A stretch of DNA of 64,000 bases, from positions 3,662-67,661 of the forward strand of contig CACJGU010000006.1 of the NCBI GenBank assembly GCA_902593125.1. Direction: 5' to 3'. The position numbers and the translations under genes were made by a program. Positions 10,024 through 20,756 of the stretch are shown here, piece by piece. Position 1 is the first letter of the stretch, and every line of letters starts with the position of its first letter. The notes below the pieces were generated by a model, which saw nothing but the letters and a program-made list of their open reading frames with translations, was not told the origin of the DNA and did not search any database. Source of the DNA: an uncultured Alphaproteobacteria bacterium. Lineage in GTDB: Bacteria > Pseudomonadota > Alphaproteobacteria > HIMB59 > GCA-002718135.

Positions 10024-10065
10024 ATAATTATAAATATATATCTATTTGATAATTAATCAAATCTA

Positions 10066-10647
10066 ATGAAATCAAAATTTAAAATAATAGATAAAAAAAA
10101 TTTGTATGACGGCTTCTTTAAAATGAATGAAGTTACTTTAAAATATAGAAAATATGATGGTAATTGGTCGAATAATATTAAAAGAGAATTGTTTGGAGGT
10201 GCTCAAGTTGCGGCAGTCTTACCTTATGATCCAGTGAGTAAAGAAATTATTTTAATACAGCAATTCAGACCTGGAACTATTTCAAAAGACATTGATCATT
10301 ATCTTGATGAAATTGTTGCGGGCATTATAGATGAAGGAGAAAGTCCTGAAATAGCCGCGAAAAGAGAATGCCTAGAAGAAACAGGTTGTGAAGTTAAAAA
10401 GTTAATACCAATCCAAGGTTATTTCCCTGCGCCTGGATCTTCAGAGTCTTTTTATCATCTTTTTCTTGGAGAAGTAAAATCTTTTAAAGGTTCAAAAATT
10501 CAGGGTTTAGAAAATGAAAATGAAGATATTTTTGTAAAATGTTTTAAAATTAATGAAGTTAGAAAAAAAATGGAAGATGGAAAAATATTAAATGGACTTA
10601 CATTAATTGCGCTGCAGTGGTTTTTTTTAAACTTTTATGGAGATTAA
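10066..10647 (+). CDS. nudF: ADP-ribose pyrophosphatase (Nudix)
   Basis: Nudix box AGIIDEGESPEIAAKRECLEETG; AAVLPYDP, QQFRP, PGSSE. Confidence 0.82.
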   Translation: MKSKFKIIDKKNLYDGFFKMNEVTLKYRKYDGNWSNNIKRELFGGAQVAAVLPYDPVSKEIILIQQFRPGTISKDIDHYLDEIVAGIIDEGESPEIAAKRECLEETGCEVKKLIPIQGYFPAPGSSESFYHLFLGEVKSFKGSKIQGLENENEDIFVKCFKINEVRKKMEDGKILNGLTLIALQWFFLNFYGD

Positions 10648-10979
10648 ATTCCAACACCCCTTTGATAAGGTTGTACTAATTCTTTGCAAATAAGGGTCAT
10701 GTCAAGAGTTTCAATATTTTGATCGATTGTTTGATATTCCTGACACTCAAAAAGGTCCTTTTCTTTTTGTAAAACTGTAACAAATAATAAAATTTTTACT
10801 CCATTGCCTACTTCTATATTACTTATAGAATAACTTTTTACCTGGAAACCTTCATTTATTAAGTCTTTATATGTTTTTTCACTTTCTATCCATTGATCAG
10901 TATTAGGATTTGAGTGAGATGTTATGGGAAGAAAAAAAATAAAAATAAATATTAGAAATATTAATTTGTTTGTAACCAT
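10644..10979 (-). CDS. Hypothetical exported protein
   Basis: Signal-peptide-like N-terminus; overlaps upstream peroxiredoxin gene. Confidence 0.65.
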   Translation of the reverse strand: MVTNKLIFLIFIFIFFLPITSHSNPNTDQWIESEKTYKDLINEGFQVKSYSISNIEVGNGVKILLFVTVLQKEKDLFECQEYQTIDQNIETLDMTLICKELVQPYQRGVGI

Positions 10980-11506
10980 TTCAGTACCTCACTTATATGC
11001 TTGTCTATTGAATTTATAGGATAGAAGACTTTTTTAATAGTATTATTATCAACAATTAGTGTAAATTTTTTTAAATAAACTTGTTTGTTAATTGAAAAAG
11101 TTGGTAGTTTTAAAGCTTTGATTAAGGTTAAGTCTATATCACTTAAAACATCATAATTTATCATTAAACGCGATGTCATTTCTTTAATGTATTCGATTGG
11201 TTGTGTTGATACTCCTATAGGTATTGCATTCATTTTAATTATCTTTTCATAATTATCTCTAAAAGAGCAATTTTGCAGTGTACAACCATTTGCGCCTGGA
11301 ATCTTATTCCAATTTTCTGGAAGTTTTTTTTTTGGATGCCCTGTTAAAGAATAAAAGTATATAACTAACCTAAAAGTATCAGATCTATTAAGTTTTAAAT
11401 AATGTCCATCCTGATTTGGTAAAGAAATATCTGGGAATTTTCTATTAATAAGGTGGCTACATGATCCATCATCATTTAGTTTTGATATATCAATATTTTC
11501 TTTCAT
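10961..11506 (-). CDS. Peroxiredoxin (BCP/AhpC-TSA family)
   Basis: IPGANGCTLQNCSFRD (CxxxxC), GVSTQ, KVFYP. Confidence 0.8.
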   Translation of the reverse strand: MKENIDISKLNDDGSCSHLINRKFPDISLPNQDGHYLKLNRSDTFRLVIYFYSLTGHPKKKLPENWNKIPGANGCTLQNCSFRDNYEKIIKMNAIPIGVSTQPIEYIKEMTSRLMINYDVLSDIDLTLIKALKLPTFSINKQVYLKKFTLIVDNNTIKKVFYPINSIDKHISEVLKWLQTN

Positions 11507-11559
11507 CTCATTTAAATATTACTTGTATATTTTTCATGATTATAACATAAGATCATTAT

Positions 11560-12498
11560 ATGACTAAAATTAAACCTTTATCAAGCATGTCAACACCAAG
11601 GTATGCAGATATATCTACTTTTTTTAGATTACCAATAGTTAAAGATCTATCAAAGTTAGATTATTGCTTTTGTGGTGTGCCTTGGGATGGTGGAACAACA
11701 AATAGGCCAGGTGCAAGACATGGCCCTAGAGAGGTTAGAAATGCTTCATCACTAGTAAGGCTTTATCATCCTGTTTCATTAAAGAGCCCATATGATATTT
11801 ACAATGTAGCAGATGTTGGTGATTGTCCTGTTAACCCAGCAGACCTTCAAGATTCACTTTCAAAAATAGAAATTTTTTTTAAAAATATTAGCAAAATGAA
11901 TACAATACCAATTTCAATTGGTGGAGATCATTTAATTAGCTTACCCATTTTAAGGGGCTTGAAAAAGGATAAGGCAATTGGTATTTTCCAATTTGACTCA
12001 CATTCAGATACTTGGGATAGTTATTTTGGAGGATATAAATATACTCATGGAACACCATTTAGAAGAGCAATTGAAGAAAAACTAGTTGATCCTACTAAAT
12101 ATGTAATGCTTGGCATAAGAGGATCTTTATATGATCCAAATGATTTAAAATGGGCTCAAGATCAAGGAATAACAATTATTACAATAGATGAATATTATGA
12201 AATGGGTTTAGAAAAATGTATAGAAAAGATTCTCAAAATTTTAGAGGGGTCTGATATATATTTTACACTTGATATTGATGGAATAGATCCTACCTTTGCA
12301 CCTGGTACAGGAACACCAGAGGTAGGTGGATTTAATGTAAGAGAAACTCAAGTTATAATTAGGGCTTTAAAAAACTTAAATTTTGTTGGTGGTGATGTAG
12401 TTGAGGTATCTCCTCCATTTGACATAAATAACATGACTTCACATGTTGCAGCAACTATTGCATTTGAGATGTTATGTACTTTCACAAAAACAAATTAA
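11560..12498 (+). CDS. speB: Agmatinase / ureohydrolase family
   Basis: RPGARHGP, GGDH, DSHSD, HGTPFRRA, DIDGIDP, PGTGTP, DVVEVSPPFD. Confidence 0.8.
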   Translation: MTKIKPLSSMSTPRYADISTFFRLPIVKDLSKLDYCFCGVPWDGGTTNRPGARHGPREVRNASSLVRLYHPVSLKSPYDIYNVADVGDCPVNPADLQDSLSKIEIFFKNISKMNTIPISIGGDHLISLPILRGLKKDKAIGIFQFDSHSDTWDSYFGGYKYTHGTPFRRAIEEKLVDPTKYVMLGIRGSLYDPNDLKWAQDQGITIITIDEYYEMGLEKCIEKILKILEGSDIYFTLDIDGIDPTFAPGTGTPEVGGFNVRETQVIIRALKNLNFVGGDVVEVSPPFDINNMTSHVAATIAFEMLCTFTKTN

Positions 12499-12499
12499 A

Positions 12500-13060
12500 T
12501 TAAGATTTAATTATATTTTTTTTAAAACGTTCTTTTATTTTTATTGGATTAAGGGGAATAGATTTAACTTTAATATTACCAGGTTTGACTTTAGATATTA
12601 TAACATATGATTTATTAGTACATTTGATTGCTTCTGATAGAACTTGAGGTGTTTCTATACCATCACATTCTATGACATTCTTACAACCAGCTCCCATTGC
12701 GACTTTCTTTAAAGAAGTCTTTTCATTAGTAAATGTCTTTTGATCTCCTGTGGACCCATATGAACCATTATCTATAATTAAAAGTGTGAAATTATTTGGA
12801 GATCTATTTCCAATCGTAGCTAAAGTATTCATATTCATTAATATTGATCCATCACCATCAATGCTTATTACTGGCTCATCAATACTTAAGGATAGACCCA
12901 AACCAATTGAAGAGCACAAGCCCATAGTTCCTAACATATAAAAATAATTACTCCTATCATCTAACTTAAATAATTCTTGAGAAGGGTAGCCGATATTACA
13001 AATTACATGATAATCTCTAATTTGTTTTTGTATTAATTTTAAAAGATTAAACCTATTCAT
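12500..13060 (-). CDS. comE: Sulfopyruvate decarboxylase subunit beta
   Basis: CNIGYPSQEL, FYMLGTMG, TPP motif GDGS...DNGSYGSTG. Confidence 0.87.
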   Translation of the reverse strand: MNRFNLLKLIQKQIRDYHVICNIGYPSQELFKLDDRSNYFYMLGTMGLCSSIGLGLSLSIDEPVISIDGDGSILMNMNTLATIGNRSPNNFTLLIIDNGSYGSTGDQKTFTNEKTSLKKVAMGAGCKNVIECDGIETPQVLSEAIKCTNKSYVIISKVKPGNIKVKSIPLNPIKIKERFKKNIIKS

Positions 13061-13557
13061 TGGTCAGCTTTCATTAGATTAAAATCACAAAGTATAGCAA
13101 CTGGAGTTCCAATTTTTTTTGATTTAACAACGTATTTTGATATTTTATCTAAATCACTAAATTTATTGCAGTGCAAAGTAGGAACATTCATTGTTTTAAG
13201 CAAATTTTTTGTAATAGATCCCATTTGATATTGTGCTTTGACTGTTTCACCTGGTGTTCCACGATAGCTAATAAGTAAGATTGTAGGAATTTTATAATAT
13301 TTTAATAGAGAAACTATTGCATTAACTGAGTTTCCAATACCAGTATTTTGAAGTAATAAGCATGGAAATTTATTCCCTAAATGGGCTCCTGCACAAATAC
13401 CAATACCTTCTTCTTCTCTAGGAACAGCTGAATAAATAATTTCTTTATCCTTTTCCAAAATTGAAATCATATTTGATAACAATTTACAAGGAACACTTAA
13501 AAAAAAATTTACACCATTTTTTTTTAATATCATTAAAATTTTTTTGCTTACTTTCAT
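13057..13557 (-). CDS. comD: Sulfopyruvate decarboxylase subunit alpha
   Basis: SVPCKLL, PREEEGIGICAGA, QNTGIGNSVNA, SYRG. Confidence 0.87.
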   Translation of the reverse strand: MKVSKKILMILKKNGVNFFLSVPCKLLSNMISILEKDKEIIYSAVPREEEGIGICAGAHLGNKFPCLLLQNTGIGNSVNAIVSLLKYYKIPTILLISYRGTPGETVKAQYQMGSITKNLLKTMNVPTLHCNKFSDLDKISKYVVKSKKIGTPVAILCDFNLMKADQ

Positions 13558-14456
13558 TAAATTTTTCTTTCTCTTTGTTTTTTATAATCGTTTTGTCGAA
13601 CATAAATAATAATACCTCCAATAATAATAAATAATGCACCAGGAAATAATTTATCAACTGGCCATTCTCTAAAGAAGATCCAACCTAAAATTAAAGCAAA
13701 GAAAATTTCAATATAGTCAAATGGCATAATTTTACTTAATTCTGCTCTTCTAGAACCATAAATTAATAGTAAGGTTCCTGTTCCACCTGCTAGCCCCATT
13801 ATAAGTAAAATAAAAATATCATAAGTATTTTTAAAATTTTCCCACATATCAAAAAAAATTACAATTAATAAAGAACAAACCATCGTTCCTACTTGTCCAT
13901 ATATATTGATTAAAGGTGATGGAGTATCTAGTGTAAAATTTAAAGCTGTAACTCTTGCTAGTGAATACCCAAGTGCCGCTAAAACTGGAAGTAAAATAAT
14001 TATGTTAAAATCTTCAGACCAGGGTTCCATTATTAATATAATTCCAATAAAACCAGACATAACTGCAAACAATTTATACGATCCAAATTTTTCTGCTAAT
14101 AAGGGTATTGCTAGTAATGTTACCATCATAGGCCCTGTGTATTCCATAGTAGCCACTAAAGCAAACGGGAGATAAGCATAAGAAGTGTACAAGCATAATT
14201 GTGCTAGTGCTACAAATACTCCACGAAATAATCCTAGCTTCCATTGCGTAATTTTTATTTGTCTACCATTACGATGCCAATCATTTGAAAAATATAAAGC
14301 AATAATACATGGTATCATTCCAAATAAATTTCGAAAAACTGATAATTGAGCAGCAGGATATTCATTACGCAAAAACTTTATTGCGATACCCATACAATCT
14401 AATAAGAACAAACCTGAAAGTGATAGGATAACGGCTAAAAATAAATTGTTTTTCAT
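13557..14456 (-). CDS. DMT/EamA family transporter, translationally coupled to comD
   Basis: Ten TM helices; stop codon overlaps comD start. Confidence 0.8.
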   Translation of the reverse strand: MKNNLFLAVILSLSGLFLLDCMGIAIKFLRNEYPAAQLSVFRNLFGMIPCIIALYFSNDWHRNGRQIKITQWKLGLFRGVFVALAQLCLYTSYAYLPFALVATMEYTGPMMVTLLAIPLLAEKFGSYKLFAVMSGFIGIILIMEPWSEDFNIIILLPVLAALGYSLARVTALNFTLDTPSPLINIYGQVGTMVCSLLIVIFFDMWENFKNTYDIFILLIMGLAGGTGTLLLIYGSRRAELSKIMPFDYIEIFFALILGWIFFREWPVDKLFPGALFIIIGGIIIYVRQNDYKKQRERKI

Positions 14457-14488
14457 AAATTATAATTTATTTATAAAAAAAACTTCTT

Positions 14489-15475
14489 TTATATAACACA
14501 ACACTGATCTACCCAGTGTCCTGGCTCAACTTCAGTAAGACCCATTTTAATCTCTCCACCTTTGCAATCTATTCCAGGATTAGGACATCTAGTTCTGAAC
14601 ACACATCCTGTAGGTGGATTTAATGCACTAGGAATTTCTCCTTTTAATTCAATAGCTTCAGATCTTTTTTCTGGATCAATTGAAGGAATAGAGGATAACA
14701 ATGCTTTTGTATAAGAATGTTTAGGGTTCCTAAATAATTCTCTTGAAGGACCCATTTCAACTATATGACCTAAATACATAACTGCAACAATATCACATAC
14801 ATGAGCAACAACACTTAAATCATGACTAATAAACAAATAAGTAAGGTTAAGTTCAGTTTGAAGTTGTTTTAACAGATTTAATATATCTGCTTGTATTGAT
14901 ACATCTAAAGCAGCAACACTTTCATCTGCTACAATAAATTTTGGATTACTGACTAAGGCTCTTGCAATTGATATTCTTTGTCTTTGTCCTCCAGAAAATG
15001 CATGGGGAAATCTTCTTAAATGCTCAATATTCAATCTACATTTAGCTGCAATATCTCTTACTCTTTCATCAGTCTCTTGTCTTGAGTTAGTTATTTTCAT
15101 GACTTCTAAAGGTTCTGCAATAATATCCCTAACTGTCATTCTTGGACTTAAAGCTGCGTAAGGATCTTGAAAAATTAGTTGGGCTTTTTTTCTATATTCT
15201 TTTAAATCTTGTTTGTTTATATTAGTTAAATCATAATCTTTTTCATCATCATGAAAAATAACATTTCCTGAACTAATCTTATTAGCTCCAAGTATTGCTC
15301 TACCGAGAGTCGTTTTTCCTGAACCGGATTCTCCAACTAAACCAAAAAAAGATCCTTTTTTAATTTTAATATTAATATTATTTACAGCATGTATTTTTTG
15401 TTTTTTTGAAATAAAATTTTCTTGGTAGTCAAAATTAACCGAAACATTATTTACTGAAATTAAATTATCACTCAT
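14489..15475 (-). CDS. Dipeptide/oligopeptide-type ABC ATPase (DppF/OppF); start refined to ATG 15475
   Basis: GESGSGKT, FSGGQRQR, ADESVAALDVS, C-terminal HxY...GCVFRTRC domain. Confidence 0.9.
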   Translation of the reverse strand: MSDNLISVNNVSVNFDYQENFISKKQKIHAVNNINIKIKKGSFFGLVGESGSGKTTLGRAILGANKISSGNVIFHDDEKDYDLTNINKQDLKEYRKKAQLIFQDPYAALSPRMTVRDIIAEPLEVMKITNSRQETDERVRDIAAKCRLNIEHLRRFPHAFSGGQRQRISIARALVSNPKFIVADESVAALDVSIQADILNLLKQLQTELNLTYLFISHDLSVVAHVCDIVAVMYLGHIVEMGPSRELFRNPKHSYTKALLSSIPSIDPEKRSEAIELKGEIPSALNPPTGCVFRTRCPNPGIDCKGGEIKMGLTEVEPGHWVDQCCVI

Positions 15476-16457
15476 TTTGACCACACTTAATTCCACACTG
15501 ATCAACCCAATGACCCGATTCAACTTCAATTAATTTCATTTCTATTTTACCATCTTTTCCCTCTGGATTATGATGAGGGCATCGAGTTCTAAATACGCAG
15601 CCTGTAGGCCTATCTAATGGACTAGGAATATTTCCAGGTATCGGAGATAACGGGGCGTCTAGGTTATTTATATCAGGCAAAGCTTGTAATAGACCTTTTG
15701 TATAAGGATGTTTTGGATTTTTAAGAATCTCATTTACCGGACCTTTTTCCACTACACTTCCCAAATACATTACTGCTACATGATCAGCTACTTGAGCAAT
15801 AACACCTAGATCATGAGTAATAAATATTACACCCATTTGATATTCTTTAATAATATCTTTAATTAAGTTAATCACTTGAGCTTGAATTGTTACATCTAAA
15901 GCAGTTGTTGGCTCATCTGCTAATAAAAGTTTAGGCATAGTTGATAGTGCCATAGCTATCATTGCTCTTTGACGCATTCCCCCAGACAATTCAAATGCAT
16001 ATTGATTAAACCGTTTTTCTGCATCTGCTATACCTACTCTTTTGAGCATGTTTATGGATATTGATTTTGCTTCATCTTTATTAATATTTTTATGAATTAG
16101 CAATTGCTCAACCATCTGTGCGCCAATTTTTATTGCTGGAGCAAAACTTGCCATAGGCTCTTGAAAAATCATTGATACTTTACCACCTCTAATTTTTTTT
16201 AAGTCTTGCTTAGTAGTAAATTGAAGAATGTTTTCGTTGTCTAAAATTATTTCTGCATCTTCGTTATAAGAAGTATTACCTGGGTTTAGTTTCATAATCG
16301 ATTTAGCTGTCACTGATTTACCTGATCCAGATTCACCAACTATACCAAGTACTTCGCCTTGATCTACAGAAAGAGAAATATTTTCAACTGCTGTAATTCT
16401 GCCTTCATCAGTATCAAATTTTACATCTAAATTCTTTACTTCTAGTAAATGACTCAT
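15468..16457 (-). CDS. Dipeptide/oligopeptide-type ABC ATPase (DppD/OppD)
   Basis: GESGSGKS, LSGGMRQR, ADEPTTALDVTIQAQ, HPYT. Confidence 0.9.
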   Translation of the reverse strand: MSHLLEVKNLDVKFDTDEGRITAVENISLSVDQGEVLGIVGESGSGKSVTAKSIMKLNPGNTSYNEDAEIILDNENILQFTTKQDLKKIRGGKVSMIFQEPMASFAPAIKIGAQMVEQLLIHKNINKDEAKSISINMLKRVGIADAEKRFNQYAFELSGGMRQRAMIAMALSTMPKLLLADEPTTALDVTIQAQVINLIKDIIKEYQMGVIFITHDLGVIAQVADHVAVMYLGSVVEKGPVNEILKNPKHPYTKGLLQALPDINNLDAPLSPIPGNIPSPLDRPTGCVFRTRCPHHNPEGKDGKIEMKLIEVESGHWVDQCGIKCGQNE

Positions 16458-16458
16458 A

Positions 16459-17649
16459 TTATTTTACCTTATGAGGGTCTGCTGCATCACGTAATCCATC
16501 ACCTACATATACAAATGTTAAAATTAATACGACTAAGAAAAATACAGGTATGAAATACCATTGATAGTTTAGAAGTACGTCAGCCTTTGTTGCATTTTGC
16601 AGAAGTACACCAAGGGAGTTTACCGGTTCTCTTAAACCCAGTCCTATAAAACTCAAAGCCGTTTCAGATAATAACATATATGGAAAACTAATTACTAAAT
16701 CGACAATAATATAACTTGTAAAACTTGGTAATAAGTGTCTCACAATAATGTGAGTAGAGGATGCTCCACAAAGTTTTGCAGCAAGAATATATTCTTGGCT
16801 TCTTTCACTAAGCAAATGAGTTCTTACTCTTCTTGCAAGCGTTGGCCATGAAATTAATCCAAGTAAACACGAAATAAAAAAGAAACGTAATTCAGAGCTC
16901 CATTCTAATGGAGCAAAGGCAGCAAGACACATAAATAGAGGTATTGGTGGTACCGTTCGAATTGCATCGGTAAACATTTGTAATACACTATCAATCCATC
17001 CGCCATAGTAACCTGATATCCCGCCTATAATTAGAGATAGAACAAAAGATATAAATACACCGAGTGTTCCCACAGCTAGTGAAATGTAAATAGCACTTAA
17101 TGTTCTACTAAATAAATCTTTTCCCGCCTTATCTGTTCCGAATATATGAATACCACCTTCTTCAACTCCAAATAAATGAGTATTGAATGTAAAACCTGGA
17201 ATTTTAAAATCTAAAATTTTTCCTGGAAGATTTATATTAAAATCAAAAACTTTATATTCCCATCCTTCAACAAAAAAATAAACGTATCTTCTTTTTTCAG
17301 TATCAACTTTATATACCCATCTAAAGTTAGTATCTGCTCCTCTATATTTTTCTAATGTGTGTAAAAATGGCCTAGCTGAAAAACCATTTTCATCCCAAAA
17401 CATTGGAATTTGTGGTGCTCCATTTTCGTATTCTTTGTCCCTTCCATTTATTGTTGGATCGTAGGGAGATAAGAAATCTGAAAATAAACTACAAATTATC
17501 ATAAATAGTAAAATGGAACCTGCAATCATAGCTGATCTATTGCCAAAGAAACGTGTTCTTACTAATTGCATTTGGGTAGCAGTATAATAAGCCTCTTTTT
17601 TTGCTGAACTAACCTCCACCCAAAACTCCTTTTCTAATCCTTGGATCAA
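16459..17649 (-). CDS. ABC permease (DppC/OppC-like); likely GTG start at 17619
   Basis: FGTDKAGKDLFSR, EAA loop EYILAAKLCGAS; AGGAG precedes the GTG at 17619. Confidence 0.88.
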   Translation of the reverse strand: MIQGLEKEFWVEVSSAKKEAYYTATQMQLVRTRFFGNRSAMIAGSILLFMIICSLFSDFLSPYDPTINGRDKEYENGAPQIPMFWDENGFSARPFLHTLEKYRGADTNFRWVYKVDTEKRRYVYFFVEGWEYKVFDFNINLPGKILDFKIPGFTFNTHLFGVEEGGIHIFGTDKAGKDLFSRTLSAIYISLAVGTLGVFISFVLSLIIGGISGYYGGWIDSVLQMFTDAIRTVPPIPLFMCLAAFAPLEWSSELRFFFISCLLGLISWPTLARRVRTHLLSERSQEYILAAKLCGASSTHIIVRHLLPSFTSYIIVDLVISFPYMLLSETALSFIGLGLREPVNSLGVLLQNATKADVLLNYQWYFIPVFFLVVLILTFVYVGDGLRDAADPHKVK

Positions 17650-18622
17650 TAATTGCTAAAATTATATCAGTAACAAAATTTACAAATACTATTGTAGCTG
17701 TAAGTAAAAAAATAATTGCACCAGCTAATTGTTGATCATTTGATCTTGCTAAAGCTTCAATTAACAGTGCTCCTGCTTCAGTTAATATTAAAATCAAAGC
17801 CACAATAGGTAGTGCACTAAAAATTCTATTTAAATCAAAACCAATAGAATTAATTACTGGTCCTAAAGAATGTTTAGCAGGATATCTCCATAACAAACTC
17901 ATGCCAGAAACTCCTCTTGCTCTTGCAGCCATAACGTAAAGTTTATCATTTTCATCAAGCATAAGTGCTCTGACTGTTTGTAATGCAAATGCTGTAGCAT
18001 TCCATCCTAAAACAAAAATTGGTAACCAAGCTCGACTTAGGAAATCCATTAACTTTGCTGAAGACCAAGGTTCATTTTCAAATTCTTGAGAGAATAATCC
18101 TGTCATAGTATCTCCGTAATAAACTGTCATAAATAACATGATACAAAGAGCAACTAAGAAGTTAGGTAAAGCGATTCCAAGATAACTTATAAATTTTAAT
18201 GTATTATCAAGTGTCGCGTATTTAGTCGTGGCTGATATAATTCCAACTGGAATTGCTATTAAATATGAAAATATAAGAGCCACTAAACAAATTGTTAATG
18301 ATAAAGTAAATCTTCCACTAAGAAGCTCATTAATATTCATTCTCAATATACAGCTGTTACCAAAATCTCCATTTACAACTATATTTGATACCCATTTTCC
18401 ATATCTATATAAAAAAGGTTTATCCAAACCTAAACGAATTTTTTCTTTTTCAATGTCTTCAAATGTAATTTGAGATCCTTGTGTATTTTTGAAAGCTAGA
18501 TACCTTTCTGCACAAGTACCTGGAACTAATTCCATCAGAGAAAAAACAATAAAGCAAACCAGTAGCAAAGTTATTATTGCAAGTCCTGCTCTTGTAAGTG
18601 TGAATTGTATAAAATTAATCAT
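17609..18622 (-). CDS. ABC permease (DppB/OppB-like)
   Basis: GLDKPF..RY..W, GDFGNS, YVMAARARG, DPRIR. Confidence 0.88.
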   Translation of the reverse strand: MINFIQFTLTRAGLAIITLLLVCFIVFSLMELVPGTCAERYLAFKNTQGSQITFEDIEKEKIRLGLDKPFLYRYGKWVSNIVVNGDFGNSCILRMNINELLSGRFTLSLTICLVALIFSYLIAIPVGIISATTKYATLDNTLKFISYLGIALPNFLVALCIMLFMTVYYGDTMTGLFSQEFENEPWSSAKLMDFLSRAWLPIFVLGWNATAFALQTVRALMLDENDKLYVMAARARGVSGMSLLWRYPAKHSLGPVINSIGFDLNRIFSALPIVALILILTEAGALLIEALARSNDQQLAGAIIFLLTATIVFVNFVTDIILAIIDPRIRKGVLGGG

Positions 18623-18658
18623 TTTTAATAATTAGAAACTTAGAATAGATAAAAAAAG

Positions 18659-18687
18659 AAAAGCGGCAATACATAATTGCCGCTTTT
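18659..18687 (-). terminator. Intrinsic terminator / mRNA-stabilising hairpin after the SBP gene
   Basis: AAAAGCGGCAAT-acata-ATTGCCGCTTTT perfect stem, U-tract on minus strand; flanks also pair (AAACTTAGAA/TTCTAAGTTT). Confidence 0.8.
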
Positions 18688-18707
18688 TTTCTAAGTTTTA
18701 ATTACAA

Positions 18708-20756
18708 TTACTCGTCTAACCACCATTGTGTCGCTAGATATGGGTAAGTTCTATAATACTCATAAGAAGTTGTTTTGAATTGTGTAAAATTTTTCAAAGC
18801 ATTTCTATGATATGTTGGGAAAGGTGCCTTAACCATTCCAATCAAAAGACTTTGATCTGTCAACATTTTTGTAATTTTTGCTCCCCATTCATTTGATTCA
18901 GCAGTACCTAGGGCATAAGATTGGAATTGATCAATTCCATCACTTAAGTCATAGACCCATTGAGGTGGTTCTACTCCTTCAGCACCATCACTGTCAATAT
19001 AGGCAGCCCACTCTAATCCGTTTGTATGATTAAAGTAGTTACCAAATGGTGGTTTAAATGTTTCAGGATCTCCTGCCACAATTGCTAAAGGCTGACCTTT
19101 GTCCCAAAGGTGAACGTCAAGTTGATTAGAAGCTTGAGAGCCACGATATTCATCAGGCGTAACCTCTTTGAAAGAAGTTTTTATTCCTGCTTCGTTAAAA
19201 TATCTCGCAATGAGCTCTACTTCAACTCCACCAAATCCCTGAGTCGCATAATCAAGATTAATAGCTAAAGGCGCTCCACTTGGAAGTTCTCTAAAACCAT
19301 CACCATCAGTATCTTTCAATCCTACTTCGTCAAGTAGAGCACTTGCACCATCTGGATCGTACTGTGTCATATACATTTTAACATCTTCAGGAACAAAGTC
19401 AGGTGCTGGTGAAATACCAACAAATTGCTCGACTTTACCTAGACCATAATATGCAACATCATTAATTTCATCTCTATTGATTGAAATAGACATTGCTTGA
19501 CGGAAACGAATATCACCGAACACAGAACGTTTTTCTGGATCTGCATGATTTACGTTAAAGCTTAATATATTTGATCCACATCCTGGATTAATCTGAAGAC
19601 TATATCCTCCCGAGTCAGCACCATCTAGTAACTGAGGTGCAGATTCAAGTTGTACAGACTGAGATTTATAATCTACTTCTCCATTTACAAGTTTTAACAA
19701 TCTTATCTCATTCTCATTGATATATCGTTCATTCTGATAATCAATATATGGAAGTTGATTTCCAGCTGTATCAACTTGGAAGAAGTAAGGATTAGCTGCA
19801 TACACTCTTCCTTCAGTGGTATCTTCAATAGTCATGTAAGCTTCTAAAGAAGGATAAGCAGCATAAGGTAGTCCGTCTACTAATTCTGGATTTCTTAGTA
19901 AAGGAGTTGGAGTATCAGTCCAACCTGAGTTACCGTAATAAGCAGCTAATGCATCCCAACCATCTGCAAATCCTAAAGCTTGTGCATTAGCATCTGCGTT
20001 TGAATCAATTTCTGGATGAAATTGTTCTAGGAAATGAGAAGGCATGAAAAACTGGTTGTATGACCATGCAATAGTAGCAGTTAAACCTGGAAAAGGTGAT
20101 GGTAAATTGAATCTTACTGTTTGATCATCAATTACATCAACTGTCATTGGTTCACCACCAACTAATAGGTATGGATATGGTTTTTCACGAATTTTTGGAT
20201 TCATCATTAAATCTTCGTACCAAAACTCTACATCTCTAGCAACAAATGGCTCTCCGTTAGACCACTTATGACCTTTTCGTAACATAAAAGTTAAAGTTGT
20301 AAAATCATCATTCCATTGAAAATCTTTTGCAACGTTTGGAACAATCGTTGATAAGTCATCAGCAAAACGAAGTAAGTTTACATGTCTTGTTGAAAGCATA
20401 TCAGAAGTTCCAGCTTCTGTTGCATTTGAAAGGAAATTAATTGTTCCACCATATTCACCAATTGATTCATATGGTACAATTACTAAAGGCTCATCAGGTA
20501 ATCTATCCGCTACTGGTGGCAAACTTGGATTACCCTGTATTGTTGCATTTATACTCTCAACGTTGGGATTATCATGGAAATGCATACTGCAGTCAGCCGC
20601 ACTTTCATATTCAGATAATTCATATTGTTGAGGATATTTTCCTCCCGTCATTCCATCACTCATAGTAGAGCCAGAACAATCTCCTGCAAAAGAGATTCCG
20701 CTCCATGCAAAAGTTGAGAAAGAAAATACTAATGCTATGAATAGTTTTTTAAACAT
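18708..20756 (-). CDS. ABC substrate-binding protein, family 5 (extended type, often non-peptide ligands)
   Basis: Signal peptide; LPPVADRLPDEP, LRKGHKWSNG, NPYFFQVDTAGNQLPYID, FRQAMSISINR. Confidence 0.88.
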   Translation of the reverse strand: MFKKLFIALVFSFSTFAWSGISFAGDCSGSTMSDGMTGGKYPQQYELSEYESAADCSMHFHDNPNVESINATIQGNPSLPPVADRLPDEPLVIVPYESIGEYGGTINFLSNATEAGTSDMLSTRHVNLLRFADDLSTIVPNVAKDFQWNDDFTTLTFMLRKGHKWSNGEPFVARDVEFWYEDLMMNPKIREKPYPYLLVGGEPMTVDVIDDQTVRFNLPSPFPGLTATIAWSYNQFFMPSHFLEQFHPEIDSNADANAQALGFADGWDALAAYYGNSGWTDTPTPLLRNPELVDGLPYAAYPSLEAYMTIEDTTEGRVYAANPYFFQVDTAGNQLPYIDYQNERYINENEIRLLKLVNGEVDYKSQSVQLESAPQLLDGADSGGYSLQINPGCGSNILSFNVNHADPEKRSVFGDIRFRQAMSISINRDEINDVAYYGLGKVEQFVGISPAPDFVPEDVKMYMTQYDPDGASALLDEVGLKDTDGDGFRELPSGAPLAINLDYATQGFGGVEVELIARYFNEAGIKTSFKEVTPDEYRGSQASNQLDVHLWDKGQPLAIVAGDPETFKPPFGNYFNHTNGLEWAAYIDSDGAEGVEPPQWVYDLSDGIDQFQSYALGTAESNEWGAKITKMLTDQSLLIGMVKAPFPTYHRNALKNFTQFKTTSYEYYRTYPYLATQWWLDE

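Noticed and set aside
14489-15640. Near-identical C-termini of the two Dpp ATPases (PTGCVFRTRCP...GHWVDQC)
   Set aside because: Expected paralogous Cys-rich oligopeptide ATPase C-terminal domain; the 15476-15529 ORF extension is an overlap artefact
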